Positions 1 through 12,474 of a DNA stretch of 64,000 nucleotides are shown one piece after another. A model generated the notes under the pieces. The model saw nothing but the letters and a program-made list of their open reading frames with translations, ran no database searches and had not been told where the DNA came from. Origin of the DNA: Paragordius varius (lineage: Eukaryota; Animalia; Nematomorpha); assembly GCA_964247055.1 (NCBI GenBank), contig OZ176058.1, forward strand, positions 930,001 through 994,000, given 5' to 3'. The position numbers and the translations under genes are program-made. Position 1 is the first letter of the stretch; every line of letters begins with the position of its first letter.

Positions 1-867
1 GCAATTTGTTTTATTTTATGTTTTTATTTTTTTAAATTTTTGGTGGATTATTATTTATATGTTAATAAAATATTTGTTGTTTGGTTTTTAAATTAAATAT
101 CTAGATATTATATTTGCGATTCAAAAAATATAAGAGTTTAAATGAAATATATTTTTGCGGTTCACAATATTTATTATTATAATATAGTAATAACAAATTT
201 AATCAAGGCATCCTAGGCTTACTTCTATAATACAATTATTTTTTTTCTTTCATACATTCGGAATGAAAGAGCTCGCGTTGATTTAAGGTTATTATATTTT
301 TACAAGTGTGACCTTTAAGTAACGCTTAGAAAACCGAGTAGCTTTTCCCAATCAAGTAAAAATTATTAAACCATTAAATACGTCGAGAATGACTAGCTTA
401 ACCCTCAGTTTTGCCCCATCCTGTATAAAATTGTGTTTTTTTTGAAATAGTGAAAGCCTATAAATTTATGAGTTTGAAAGCCGTTTTCGAAAAATGTGTG
501 GGCCTATTCAGTTTTAATAGGGTACATTTTTAATGTTTTACAAATGCTTCGTAGATAATTAAGCTTTATTTGAATTAGTTCCACACTTTGGCTCCACTGA
601 GAAAATCGGGTTTTTGACAGAATTGTTGGCCAGTCTCAATAGTCTTTTCTTATTGTTTCATAATTTCTGCGAGCCTAAGCGTTTTTTGAAATTAGCTTAG
701 CCCAGCTTATTTTGAAAATAGAAACTGCATAATTGTTATGACAACTTTCGAAAAACATATAAGCCCATGTTTTAAACCCGGTAATTTTTCAAATATAATT
801 GCGCCGAGAGTGACTAAGCCATTTATTCAGGGAAGTGGCAAATTTGAGTTAATTTAAGTGATTATAA

Positions 868-1122
868 CATTTACAGATAGAATTTACCCTTGAAAAATTC
901 AAATTCGCCCTTGAACAATTCAAATTCACCCTAAAATATTTTTTTTTTGATATTATTAAAAAATGAAAGTTCGTTTAAATTAACATACCTAAAAAATAAT
1001 AGACTATGCCATACAATAATTCATATTAATGATACATATTAGCTGAAAATACTTTATTTTTAGGGTGAATTTGAATTGTAGGGTGAAATTGTTCAAGAGT
1101 GAATTTGAGGTGTAAATGGTGT
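868..1122. mobile_element. MITE family 1 (CCATTTACA termini, subterminal ~21-bp AAATTCACCCTTGAACAATTC repeats)
   Basis: Inverted subterminal arrays with TA flanks; other copies near 3303-3575, 8540-8707, 9592-9864, 19350-19625, 30312-30500, 32010-32275, 47589-47930 and a half copy at 40775-40825. Confidence 0.8.
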
Positions 1123-1436
1123 ATTATTTTTTCTGATTTTAATATATATCATTATATAGTGTTTAGAATCTTGAGAGAATTTTAGCCTCAGTGTTTAAAA
1201 CCTTAAATTTATAAGCTATGGTACAATAAGTAATACAACTCAAATCCATTTATTGATAGTAGTTGAAACACCAGATAAAACATTTGCAAAAAATTTGAGA
1301 TGTTAATTGTACATTTTTAAACGATTTATTTAATTATAGCGTAAATTATAGTATGAGCTTAAAACTATTAGGAATAAATTTTAGTTCATCTAGGAATAAA
1401 AACATACTTAAAATATATTTATGATTTTAAATACAG

Positions 1437-1438
<2 letters not shown>

Positions 1439-1482
<44 letters not shown>
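1439..1482. repeat. (AT)n microsatellite
   Basis: Perfect dinucleotide run; others near 8090-8150, 26385-26411, 28797-28830, 30518-30547, 31255-31290, 52435-52461 and 53108-53137. Confidence 0.95.
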
Positions 1483-1486
<4 letters not shown>

Positions 1487-3302
1487 TTCAAATTACGTTG
1501 GATTCGATTGGTGTTTTTATAAATCAATATATAATTTTTTGTAAATCAAATGAATCCCATATTTATTATATGATATAGTTATATTAGTTTACTTAAATGC
1601 TTTCAATGATAATTATGAATTTATTAAAGTTTTAGTTGAAATATTGTGTTATAAACAAACGATTTAACTATCTTTGATTATATCCACTGAAATAATTTGG
1701 CAATATTTTTGCATTCTTAATCAGTTAGGGGTTATGAATTTAATCGCATTTATTAGAGTTTAATCATAAAAATCAAACAAATTAAAGATTTAAATATTCA
1801 TTTCTTACATAACATATTCTAGATCGAATTTGAAATTTTGTATAAAATAATATATTTGTTGAAAACCTCAATAAGTCCAATAAAATTCATGTAGGTATAA
1901 TAGATAATATTTAAAATTTAAATTACCATAATAGACAAATCTAACATTACTTACTCTGGTTATAATTATATGTGAGATATATTTATTTTTAAATTCTAGG
2001 TTTTATAAACAGGACAACCTTAAGGTTAAATTCATAAAAAACGGTAAAAATTTAAATTTACCTATTATACTGTGATTTTTTATTTTATAATAGACCCATT
2101 ATACGCTACTATATAACCAAATAGCAAACAAAACGTGTTATAACAAAGTCATAATGAATTCTAAGCTCAATAAAACTAAGATATTTTAAAAATTAATGTT
2201 TTTTCTTAACTTATTTTATTTCACAGAATATATACAGTAAATTATAACAAAATTATCATTATATCTTTATAATATGATACCGCCATTTGATTCAGTTGTG
2301 ATAAAAGACTTGATTCGTTGACTTGGTTTATGTGTTTGTGGTTTAAATAATATTTAAATGAGTTTTTGACATGCGGCTGCTGCAAATATTAATTAATTTA
2401 CGTCAAAATTTTTTCAAAAGCTGCAAGTTTTTTATCACCACTAAATAACAACGGCATATATAAATAATATTTTCCACTAGGGAATACATAGATTAATTTT
2501 ATGTGTAGATAATTTAACCTTATAACTCTTTTAAAATACCTATAAATGATCCTTAGATATATATTAATGCTAATTTGGCATATTGTCTTATCATCAATTG
2601 TTAATCACATTACAAAAAAATTGTACAGAAATATTAAAAGACTTAATATAAGACAACCATACTAGTTATACTTTTATTTCTCACATAAACTATTTAGTTA
2701 GAATTTTAAAATATATAATTAAGATAAGAATTTACTTTTATTCCTTATTTTGCAACACACAACGATTAGTTATATTGTAAACAAGGTCTAAAACATATAT
2801 ATAATTGTAAATATATATCTGTTTTTGTCTGTATAATTCCCAAACAAATTTTCTGTTGGTAACACTTGCCCAAACTATTATACGGCTCACAAAAACAAGG
2901 TAATCAGGCTTTATACCTATCAAATTCATAAGCAATTAGAGAGGAAGATGCCCATACACAAATCACTTTACAAAAGACTTAAGTTCCCTTGATAGAAACT
3001 TAGTGGGAAGTGATGTATTTGAAATATAAAGATTAAAGGTAAAAAAAACAATTAAACCATTTCAAAGACATTCATGATTTTTAATATTGATTTTTAATAT
3101 AAATTATGGTCTTAATGCAAATTAAGGAATGTAAATTATTATGGACTCAATTCAATATTTCAAAAATAATATTAAATTTAGGCCCAAAAAATATGACTGT
3201 CTTGATAAAAAAAATATTTGTTATTTTACATTTTGTCTTTATATTATTGCCTCGAATTAAAATTTTCACAATATCCTGCATAGAGCATGATAATTAATTA
3301 TA

Positions 3303-3575
3303 CCATTTACAGCTCAAGTTCAATCTTTACTCTATTTCACCCTCAAACTCAAATTTCCGTCAAGCAATACAAATTTACCCTAAAATAAACTATTTCGTAT
3401 AATAGAAACTAGATATTTATATTTTTTAATAAATAAAATTTCGTTTAGTATTAACATAATACTGAAATATTACACTATTTTATAAAAAATAACATAAGTA
3501 TTGATGTGTTATAGCTCGAAAGGGTGAATTTAATTGCTCAAGGGTGAAACAAGAGTGAATTTTAAGTGTTAATGG
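3303..3575. mobile_element. MITE family 1 copy
   Basis: TATA|CCATTTACAG ... TTAATGG|TATA. Confidence 0.75.
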
Positions 3576-3920
3576 TATATGGACCATGCAAATAAATCAT
3601 ACACATTTAATTTGTATAGTTTTATATTTAGACAAAAATAGTGGTTATACATAGTAAGAATGATGACCATTTTGCTATTTTAATTGTCTAAGAAAATAAA
3701 TAAATTTGCTTGTAAGATGCCATGTTTGAATTTTTCATTTTCGCATAAGTTACATATTTTATTTAAACGATATATTTTTAATATTTAAAAATGTAATAAT
3801 TGTTGGCCGAGGCAGATTTTATTTGTTTTAATAAAAAAAATTATAAGAAAACCCACATTTTTAAAAAGTTATTTAGAAAAAATAAATCATTACATCGGTA
3901 GAAGATATAATTTTAAATTA

Positions 3921-6204
3921 CACAGTGTGCAAAATTGGGGGTATTTATTTTCTCAGGATATTATATTAAGCTTAATATGACCGTTGTGACATAGACATCC
4001 TAAAAATATAAGGATAAAAAAAATTGTCAATGTAGAAAATTTTTTTTTCACTTTTACCATATATGGATATATTCGGAAAAAATCAATTTATTTGCATAAT
4101 ACTTGATCAAAAATTATAAAACTTATATATAATATAAATAATATTAAATAAATATTATTTGCAAATTTTGGCTCAATATGAATGGATAGATTTAAAATAA
4201 ACGTCAATTTATTAAATCCAACTAAATTTAGCCCTTTATATTAGTAACATAAAAAATACCTGATGAAAATCAATATAATATGCGCCAAAATTTAAGTTTA
4301 ACTTTATATGTTAATATAAATATTACTTATATATAATAAAAATTAGGTTTTAACTAAGTTAAAAATTTTTGAAATTTTTTATTTTACTAAAATAAAATTA
4401 AATTTTTTTAATATCAACTGTAATATAATCATGTCTGGTGATTATAAATATAACCATATGGATTTTTTTACCTGGATTTTTGAATTGTAGATGATATTGA
4501 CTGTTGCTTTACCCTGATATGATGGTATATTTTATAATAATTATAGATAAATATATTTGGAATTTAGATAATAATATTGAAAAACCAATGTAATCCATTG
4601 TGAAAATCATATTTTAAAGACAAACTTGCTAATCACAAGCAAACATCCACCAGAAAATTATATTTTGATACATTATGTTCATTGTGTAATAAATTAATAT
4701 ATTTAATTTTTTTAATATAAAATTGTTTACTTGGTTTTGAACGAATGTGGGCAAGGTCCATCCAAAGATTTCTATTAGTTTTAATGTTGAGTTCTGCCAA
4801 AGAATTGATTTCTCTTAGATCATGCGCTTCTTAAGCCATCGCAAACAACCTATCCTACTTCGGGTATATGAAATTCAACTCGTTGAAAAAGTTCTTGATA
4901 TTGAGAAAGTCTTTTTGCCAAAATATTAATAACATGAAATACCCGATTAAAATAAAAATGATTATCAACACCTTTTAAAAGATTTAAATATAAGAATTTG
5001 AAGAAATGGTATTCAAAAAAAAATTAAACGGGCTGCAAAATCTTGTCTCATGAACCGTGCAACATACTATAACTATAAAAACTTGCAGACATTTATATTA
5101 AAAATAAGTATGACATAAAATTTAATTGATAATTCAGGGCCATAAATAAGCTTTTAGAGCCCAAGTTTTGGTAAAACTGATGTATACTTCGTTAACACTT
5201 TCTTTTGCCATAAACCGTTTTTTAAAAAATCATTCAAGAAAAAACTGGCCGTATTCAGAAGATTTTTTTAAATTTTAAATTTCTAAATGAACCTAAAATA
5301 ATTATGTGCCTGAATACTGGCATAACTCAACATAACAAAAAATAGCAATCTATGGAGGAGTTTTATTTAAATTAGATGGACCTTGCCCACATTCGTTCAA
5401 AACCAAGTAAACAATTTTATATTAAAAAAATTAAATATATTAATTTATTACACAATGAACATAATGTATCAAAATATAATTTTCTGGTGGATGTTTGCTT
5501 GTGATTAGCAAGTTTGTCTTTAAAATATGATTTTCACAATGGATTACATTGGTTTTTCAATGTTATATCTAAATTCCAAATATATTTATCTATAATTATT
5601 ATAAAATATACCATCATATCAGGGTAAAGCAACAGTCAATATCATCTACAATTCAAAAATCCAGGTAAAAAAATCCATATGGTTATATTTATAATCACCA
5701 GACATGATTATATTACAGTTGATATTAAAAAAATTTAATTTTATTTTAGTAAAATAAAAAATTTCAAAAATTTTTAACTTAGTTAAAACCTAATTTTTAT
5801 TATATATAAGTAATATTTATATTAACATATAAAGTTAAACTTAAATTTTGGCGCATATTATATTGATTTTCATCAAGTATTTTTTATGTTACTAATATAA
5901 AGGGCTAAATTTAGTTGGATTTAATAAATTGACGTTTATTTTAAATCTATCCATTCATATTGAGCCAAAATTTGCAAATAATATTTATTTAATATTATTT
6001 ATATTATATATAAGTTTTATAATTTTTGATCAAGTATTATGCAAATAAATTGATTTTTTCCGAATATATCCATATATGGAAAAAGTGAAAAAAAAATTTT
6101 CTACATTGACAATTTTTTTTATCCTTATATTTTTGAGATGTATATGTCACAAGGGTTATATTAAGCTAGGTATGATATCTTGAGTAAATTTGTTGCACAC
6201 TGTG
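3921..6204. mobile_element. Non-autonomous foldback DNA transposon, CAC...GTG termini, ~840-bp inverted arms, TTA target duplication (CMC/Chapaev3-like)
   Basis: Arms 3921-4762 and 5375-6204 around a 612-bp spacer. TTA at 3918-3920 and 6205-6207. Empty paralogous sites with a single TTA at ~10180, ~40720 and ~47260. The superfamily call is inferred from termini and TSD only. Confidence 0.85.
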
Positions 6205-8109
6205 TTATACATAATGGTAAAATAATGTGCTGAACAAAAAGTATTCCCTGCAATAATTTATTGGTGGTTTATTATTTAATCCCGCTAATTAAATATTAAA
6301 ATTATACAGACAAAATTGAGAAAGATTAATTTTTTAAACCTTGAAATTCCTACATAAACTGAATAATTTCAATTTTGGAATATTTAATTAAGGGTGTTAC
6401 CAATTTGACCTCCATTTTTTATTTTGCCGCCCAAAAAAATCAAGGAATAAATGTATGGTTGTCTTTTGCAAAATATTTTATATTTTACAGTATTAAAAAT
6501 ATACTAATAAAACGTAAAAATATAAAGAAAAACTTTTTTTCAAAAGACAATTATACATTTTTATACTTTAATTTATTCTATAATAATCATGAAATAATAA
6601 TCTTTAAATATATTATAGATTGTATTTCCAAACATCCCAATTTTATATTTTGCAATTTAAAACTATGAGTTTTATTTAAGTCAATCAAAAGCATCCATTG
6701 TCTTTTGGACAAAAATATTCTTTTAATTTTTACATTTTGTCCGTATAATTTTATTTATTACTGTTTGACATTTAGTCTGTATATTTTTAATTAATCTATT
6801 TACGGGCACCAAAATATATGTGAATCAGCAAATATTTTATTAAATGATCTGGTTTTCGATCAAAATCGAAAAAAATTTTATAACGTAATATTTACTGTTA
6901 TGATTTTTTTTAATTTAAAGGAGTGTTTGAGAGTTATATGAGCCAAAAATTTAAAATACTAACGAGAGCGTCATTAGTATAAATATAAATTAGAATATAT
7001 GAAGAAAAGTGCTACGCAATAAACAAAGCCATATTAAACATGTAATATTATTGGTTCTTTAAAAAGAAAATATATGCTAAAACAATTATAATCATATAAT
7101 TATTGAAAATTACCAACATATTAAATAAAGAGTACTCATTAAAAATATTATAGATATACAAAATGAATATAATTAAATCAGCCATCATATGAACCATTAC
7201 AGTAAAAAAGACTAGAACTTTTAAATGTGTATATAACTGATCGTGTTAAGTTGGTAATTAATTCAGGTATATTTCTAAATTGATGGGTTTTAAGGTGTAT
7301 AGCTGTCTTATTCATTTAAAAAGATTGGTAAATGGACCAAAAATTAACATTAGAATATGAGGTGTATAAAACACCCATACACACTGATTTATGGTTTTTA
7401 AAATTTCGCTTGAAAATATTTATCTCAATCCATGACTTTTAAATATTTAATAAAATTTTACATTCTTTTTATTTATAAAATCATTTAAAAACATATCTGA
7501 AATATTCATCCATCATTTTATTGACATATTTTTAATTAACCTTATTACTATTCATCCATCACATCATCTGCTTGGGTCTTACCCAACTTTTTTTAAATTG
7601 CATTCTATATATAGAAAATTAAAAAATAATTATCCAGACATGTTTAAATAAAATCACAAAGATTTTAATAATGTTTAATAGGTATGAAAATCATTGCTTA
7701 TGTGGGTGAAATTTTAATAAGAAAAGTAATTTAAAGTATTGTTGTCTTTTGAAATATTTGTATATGTCTTCATAATTTTTATTTTAACAGCAATTAAACA
7801 CACCCTTTAAAAATAAATTATATTAAAGGAGGCTCTTTGTGTAATTTAGATATCAAAATATCGTATAAAATATTTTGGTGCAATTTCGGCTATTGATCCC
7901 GGCTTTTGAACATAAAAACTCAATAAATAAAAAAACTAATTCGATAGATATTTTCTTGTTACAAAATGTATGGAAAAGTATTTAAAATATATTTATTGGA
8001 TCGTTTGTAGTAATGATAATAAGCTTGCGCCTTAGTCATTGTCAAAATAATTATTTGAGAGCGACTAATTGGGTACACCTTTCACACACATATATATATA
8101 TATATATAG

Positions 8110-8146
<37 letters not shown>

Positions 8147-8241
8147 ATATAAGAAATTAAAATGTCGCATAGAGTTTTTTTCAGATTTGACAATTTTGAT
8201 CTAGCTGTGAGTTTTTCAAACACCCGAATAGTAAATTTATA

Positions 8242-8470
8242 TACATTCATGTATCCTTTATTTATCAAAAATTTATTATCTTTCGTTAAACGGATATTTC
8301 GTTAAAGAATGGAAAAACAAGAGCTCTATGCTATTAACAATATCATATTTATCAAAAAAGTAAAAGAATTACCATAGAGCTCTTGTTTTTTCCATTCTTT
8401 ACCAAATATTTATAACCATTTAACGAAAAAAAATAAATTTTGATAAAAATAAAGGATACATGACTGTATA
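8242..8470. mobile_element. MITE family 3 (~230-bp hairpin, CAGTCATGTATCC termini)
   Basis: ~90-bp inverted arms containing GGAAAAACAAGAGCTCTATG; TA flanks. Confidence 0.82.
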
Positions 8471-11400
8471 CAGACAAAAAATAAAAACATGATGCCAAAT
8501 ATTTTACCAACAAACAAACATTTTTTATCTATCTATATTACCATTTACAATTCAAATTCACCCTCGAATAATTCGAAGTCACCCTAAAAATAAAGTGTTT
8601 CTGGGCTAATATAATAAAAATTTAGGCAATTTTTAATCTTAAAAAACACATAATTAATTTTAGGGTAAGTTTGAATTGGTTAAGGGTGAATTTGGCGTGT
8701 AAATCGTATAATAAACAACACACACGGGAACATATTATAGATAAAAGTGCACACTATCCCACCAAGTCAAACGAAAAAAAGGTTAAATATTTGATTAGAT
8801 ATGATAAAAATTGGAGTAAACAACAGTGATCCTGATAAGGTTTTTATTCGGCATAAATAACACTTGTTTAAACGACAAGCCAATCATAAATGCAAAAATT
8901 AAACTAAGTGATTAAAAGACTTAATATAAAGACAACCACACTAGTTAAACTTTGATATTTTCCACATATCTAATTAGAAATTTAAAATATGTGATTAAGC
9001 TAAGGATATACTTTCTATTTTCATATTTTCCAATACACACAACGATAAGTTATATTCCAAAAATCAAGGTCTTAAACTTATATACGATTGCCTTTAAAAT
9101 ACATATCATGTTTTATTTGTATGATTCCCAAACAAATTTGTTGTTAGTACCACTTGCCTATACGACTATGGAGTTCATAAAAACATGGTAATCAGGCTTT
9201 ATACCTATCAAATTCATAAACAATTTGAGAGGAAGAGGTCCTATACAAAAATCACTTTATGAAAGCCTTAGGTTCTCTTGATAGACTCAACCTAGAGGGA
9301 TAGTGATGTAACATCAATATTTTAAATATAAATTAAACGTAAAAAAATAATTACAATTATTAAATGTCAAACGTGATTTTATATAATGTTTTTAAATATA
9401 AATTATGGTTTATGTGCACAATAAGTGTATTGTTACACTCAATTCAATATTTCAAAACTTCATGTAGAAAATTTTACGTTCAAAGAAAGTAGTCTTAATA
9501 AAAAATATCTGTTATTTCACATATCTTAAAAATATTATTAACTGTAATTATAATTATCACAATATCATGCACATAGCACTTTAATTATATACCATTTACA
9601 GTAAGTTGATTTTAAACAATATAAATTCACCCTCAAACAATTTAAATTCACCCTCGAACAATTCAAATTTACCCTAAAATAAACTATTTGTTTTTTAAAA
9701 ACTACATATTTTATATTTTTAAAATATAATTTGGTTAATATTAACATAGTACTGAAAAATACACTATATAAATTAATAATTTACACTAATGATATGTTAT
9801 ATTAGGCCAACACATTTTGTGTTAGGGTGAAGAATTGTTCAAGGGTGAATAATAAGTGTTAATGATAATATGGACCATGTAATAGGCCATACATTAATTT
9901 GTCTGGTTTATATTTAGACATGCAAAATAGTAGTTATACATAGCAAGAATAATTGGCTAACAAGTAAATTTGCTTGTAAGATGCCATATATAAGATTTTC
10001 ATTTCATAACATATTTTATTTAAACACTATTTCCAAAAAATTAAGAATGTAATGATTGTTGGCCGATGCAGATATATGTTTTAATAAATAATATTAAAAA
10101 AACCCACATTTTTACAAAAAAGCCAAATTGATATTAATTAATAAAAAATAAATTACTCCATAGCAGATATAAATATTAAATTATAAGTCATAATGGTAAA
10201 ATAATGAGCCGAACTAAAAAGTGTTCCATGTAATTTTTTGGTCGTTTATAATTTATTCCCGTTAATAACATTAAATATTATCATGCATAAAATAAAAAAG
10301 GACAACCATTTTTAAACCATATTTCCTACATAAACTGTATAATTTCAATTTTGGAATATTTGATTGAGAGTGTTACCAATATCACCTCTATTATTTATTT
10401 TGCCCAAAAAGATATGAAGTAAAAAAAGCATGGTTGTCTTTTACAAAATATTTTTATATTTTGCAAAAATTGAAATTATACGGACAAAACTTAAAAATAT
10501 AAAAAAAAATTTTTTTCAAAAGACAATTATACATTTTTATACTTTGATTTATTCTATAATAATCATGAAATAATAATCTTTAAATATATTATTGGTTGTA
10601 TTTCCAAACATCCCTATTTTATATTTTGCAATTTAAAACTATGAGTTTTATTTAAGTCAATCAAAAGCATCCATTGTCTTTTGGACAAAAATATTCTTTT
10701 AATTTTTACATTTTGTCCGTATTATTTTATTTATTACTGTTTGACATTTAGTCTGTATATTTTTAATTAATCTATTTACGGGCAACATTTCCAAAATATA
10801 TGTGAATCAGCAAATATTTTAAATGATCTGGTTTTCGATCAAAATCGAAAAAAATTTTATAACGTAATATTTACTGTTATGATTTTTTTTAATTTAAAGG
10901 AGTGTTTGAGAGTTATATGAGCCAAAAATTTAAAATACTAACGAGAGCGTCATTAGTATAAATATAATTTAGAATATATGAAGAAAAGTGCTACGCAATA
11001 AACAAAGCCATATTAAACATGTAATATTATTGGTTCTTTAAAAAGAAAATATATGCTAAAACAATTATAATCATACAAATATTGAATATTACCAACACAT
11101 TAAATAAAGTATACTCATTGAAATTTTGTGATTTCACATAATTGTTACATAAAGCCAGCCATCTACATATGAAACATTACATTAAAAAAACTGAAACAAT
11201 TTTTAGGTATAAATTATCGTGTTAAGTTGGAAATTTATAATTCAGGTATATTTTAAATCGGTCGGTTTTAAGAAGTAAAGCTATCTTATTCGCTTAAAAA
11301 GATTGGTAAATGGACCAAAAATTAACATTAGAATAGGTGTATAAAACACTCATATACACTGTATTTGATTGTTTTTATACACTTTTCGCTTGAAAAGATG

Positions 11401-12087
11401 ACTTTTAATTATTTAATAAAATTTTAAATTATTTTTATTGAAATCATTAAAAAAAAAATCTGAAATATTCATCCATCATTTTATTGACAAATTTCTAAAT
11501 AACTTTATTACTATTCATCCATCACATCATCTGCTTGGGAACCCAATTATTTTTAAATCGCATTCTATACATAGTAAATATAAAATTTAAATTGTCCAGA
11601 CATGTTTAAATAAAATCACAAAGATACTAATAATGTATAATAGGTATGAAAATCATTGCTTAATTGTGGGTGAAATTTTAATAAGAAAAGTAAGTTTAAA
11701 GTATAGTTGTCTTTTGAAATATTTGTCTTTATATTTTTTGTTTGTCTTTATAATTTTTTTTAACAGCAATTACTCTATAAAAATAGATTATATTATAGGA
11801 GGCATTTTAGGTATTTTAAACAAAAATATTTTGTAATATGCAATTTTGGCTATTGATCCCGGCTTTTGAACATAAAAACTCACTAAATAAAAAAATTAAT
11901 TCGATAGATTTTTTCTTGCTACGGAATGTAAGGAAAAGTATTTAATCATTTGTAGTAATAATAAGAGGCTTACGCTTTAGTCATTATTAATAATTCCATT
12001 ACTGAGCGGGACTAATTGGGTGTACCTTTCATAAAAATTAAATTTCAGATTTGCCAAAGTGGAATTTCTATATATAATATCTGTGAT

Positions 12088-12474
12088 TAGGGTTGTGCAT
12101 TTGACTGCTTATTGAAAAAAGTCCAGTCAGACCCAGTCAGACCATGGTCATGACCACTACTTAAGTAAATATCATGCGATATTGGAGATTGTGAAAATAA
12201 TGAATGCGTTTTACTATGTTTTTTTCTTTTATATACGTTTTGATATATTTATTATTTAAAAATATGTTCAAACAAAATTAATCAAGAATTTTGTTTTCAA
12301 ATGAATTTTGCCACCTGTTTGTGGACTTCTAAATCTTCAAAAACATAGCTTTTAATACTGGAGAATTCAAAAAAAAATTATAGCAATTTATCAAAAAACA
12401 GCTGTTTTTTATATGACCCAGGTCAAAAAATAAATAATCACTGACCTGGTCATGACCCGGTCAGCTCAACCCTA
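12088..12474. mobile_element. hAT-like non-autonomous element (TAGGGTTG termini, GGTCATGACC subterminal palindromes)
   Basis: TAGGGTTGTGC...GCTCAACCCTA; reverse paralog at ~44880-45260; 8-bp flanks only 5/8 identical. Confidence 0.65.

Noticed and set aside
884-935. Spaced ~21-bp repeats resembling a CRISPR array
   Set aside because: No unique spacers; mirrored at the other end of a MITE; eukaryotic context with no cas genes
1-3300. Idea that the many in-frame stops reflect a non-standard genetic code
   Set aside because: The RTE ORF and the NT-C2 gene read cleanly in the standard code, and the decayed blocks also carry frameshifts
4763-5374. Search for a transposase remnant in the foldback spacer
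   Set aside because: Only short open stretches; no recognisable DDE or Chapaev motifs by eye
6375-6668. 97-aa ORF
   Set aside because: Runs through a family-2 MITE; FILKNY-biased; frame not kept in paralogs
8013-8268. ORFs with YIYIYI runs
   Set aside because: Translations of an (AT)n microsatellite
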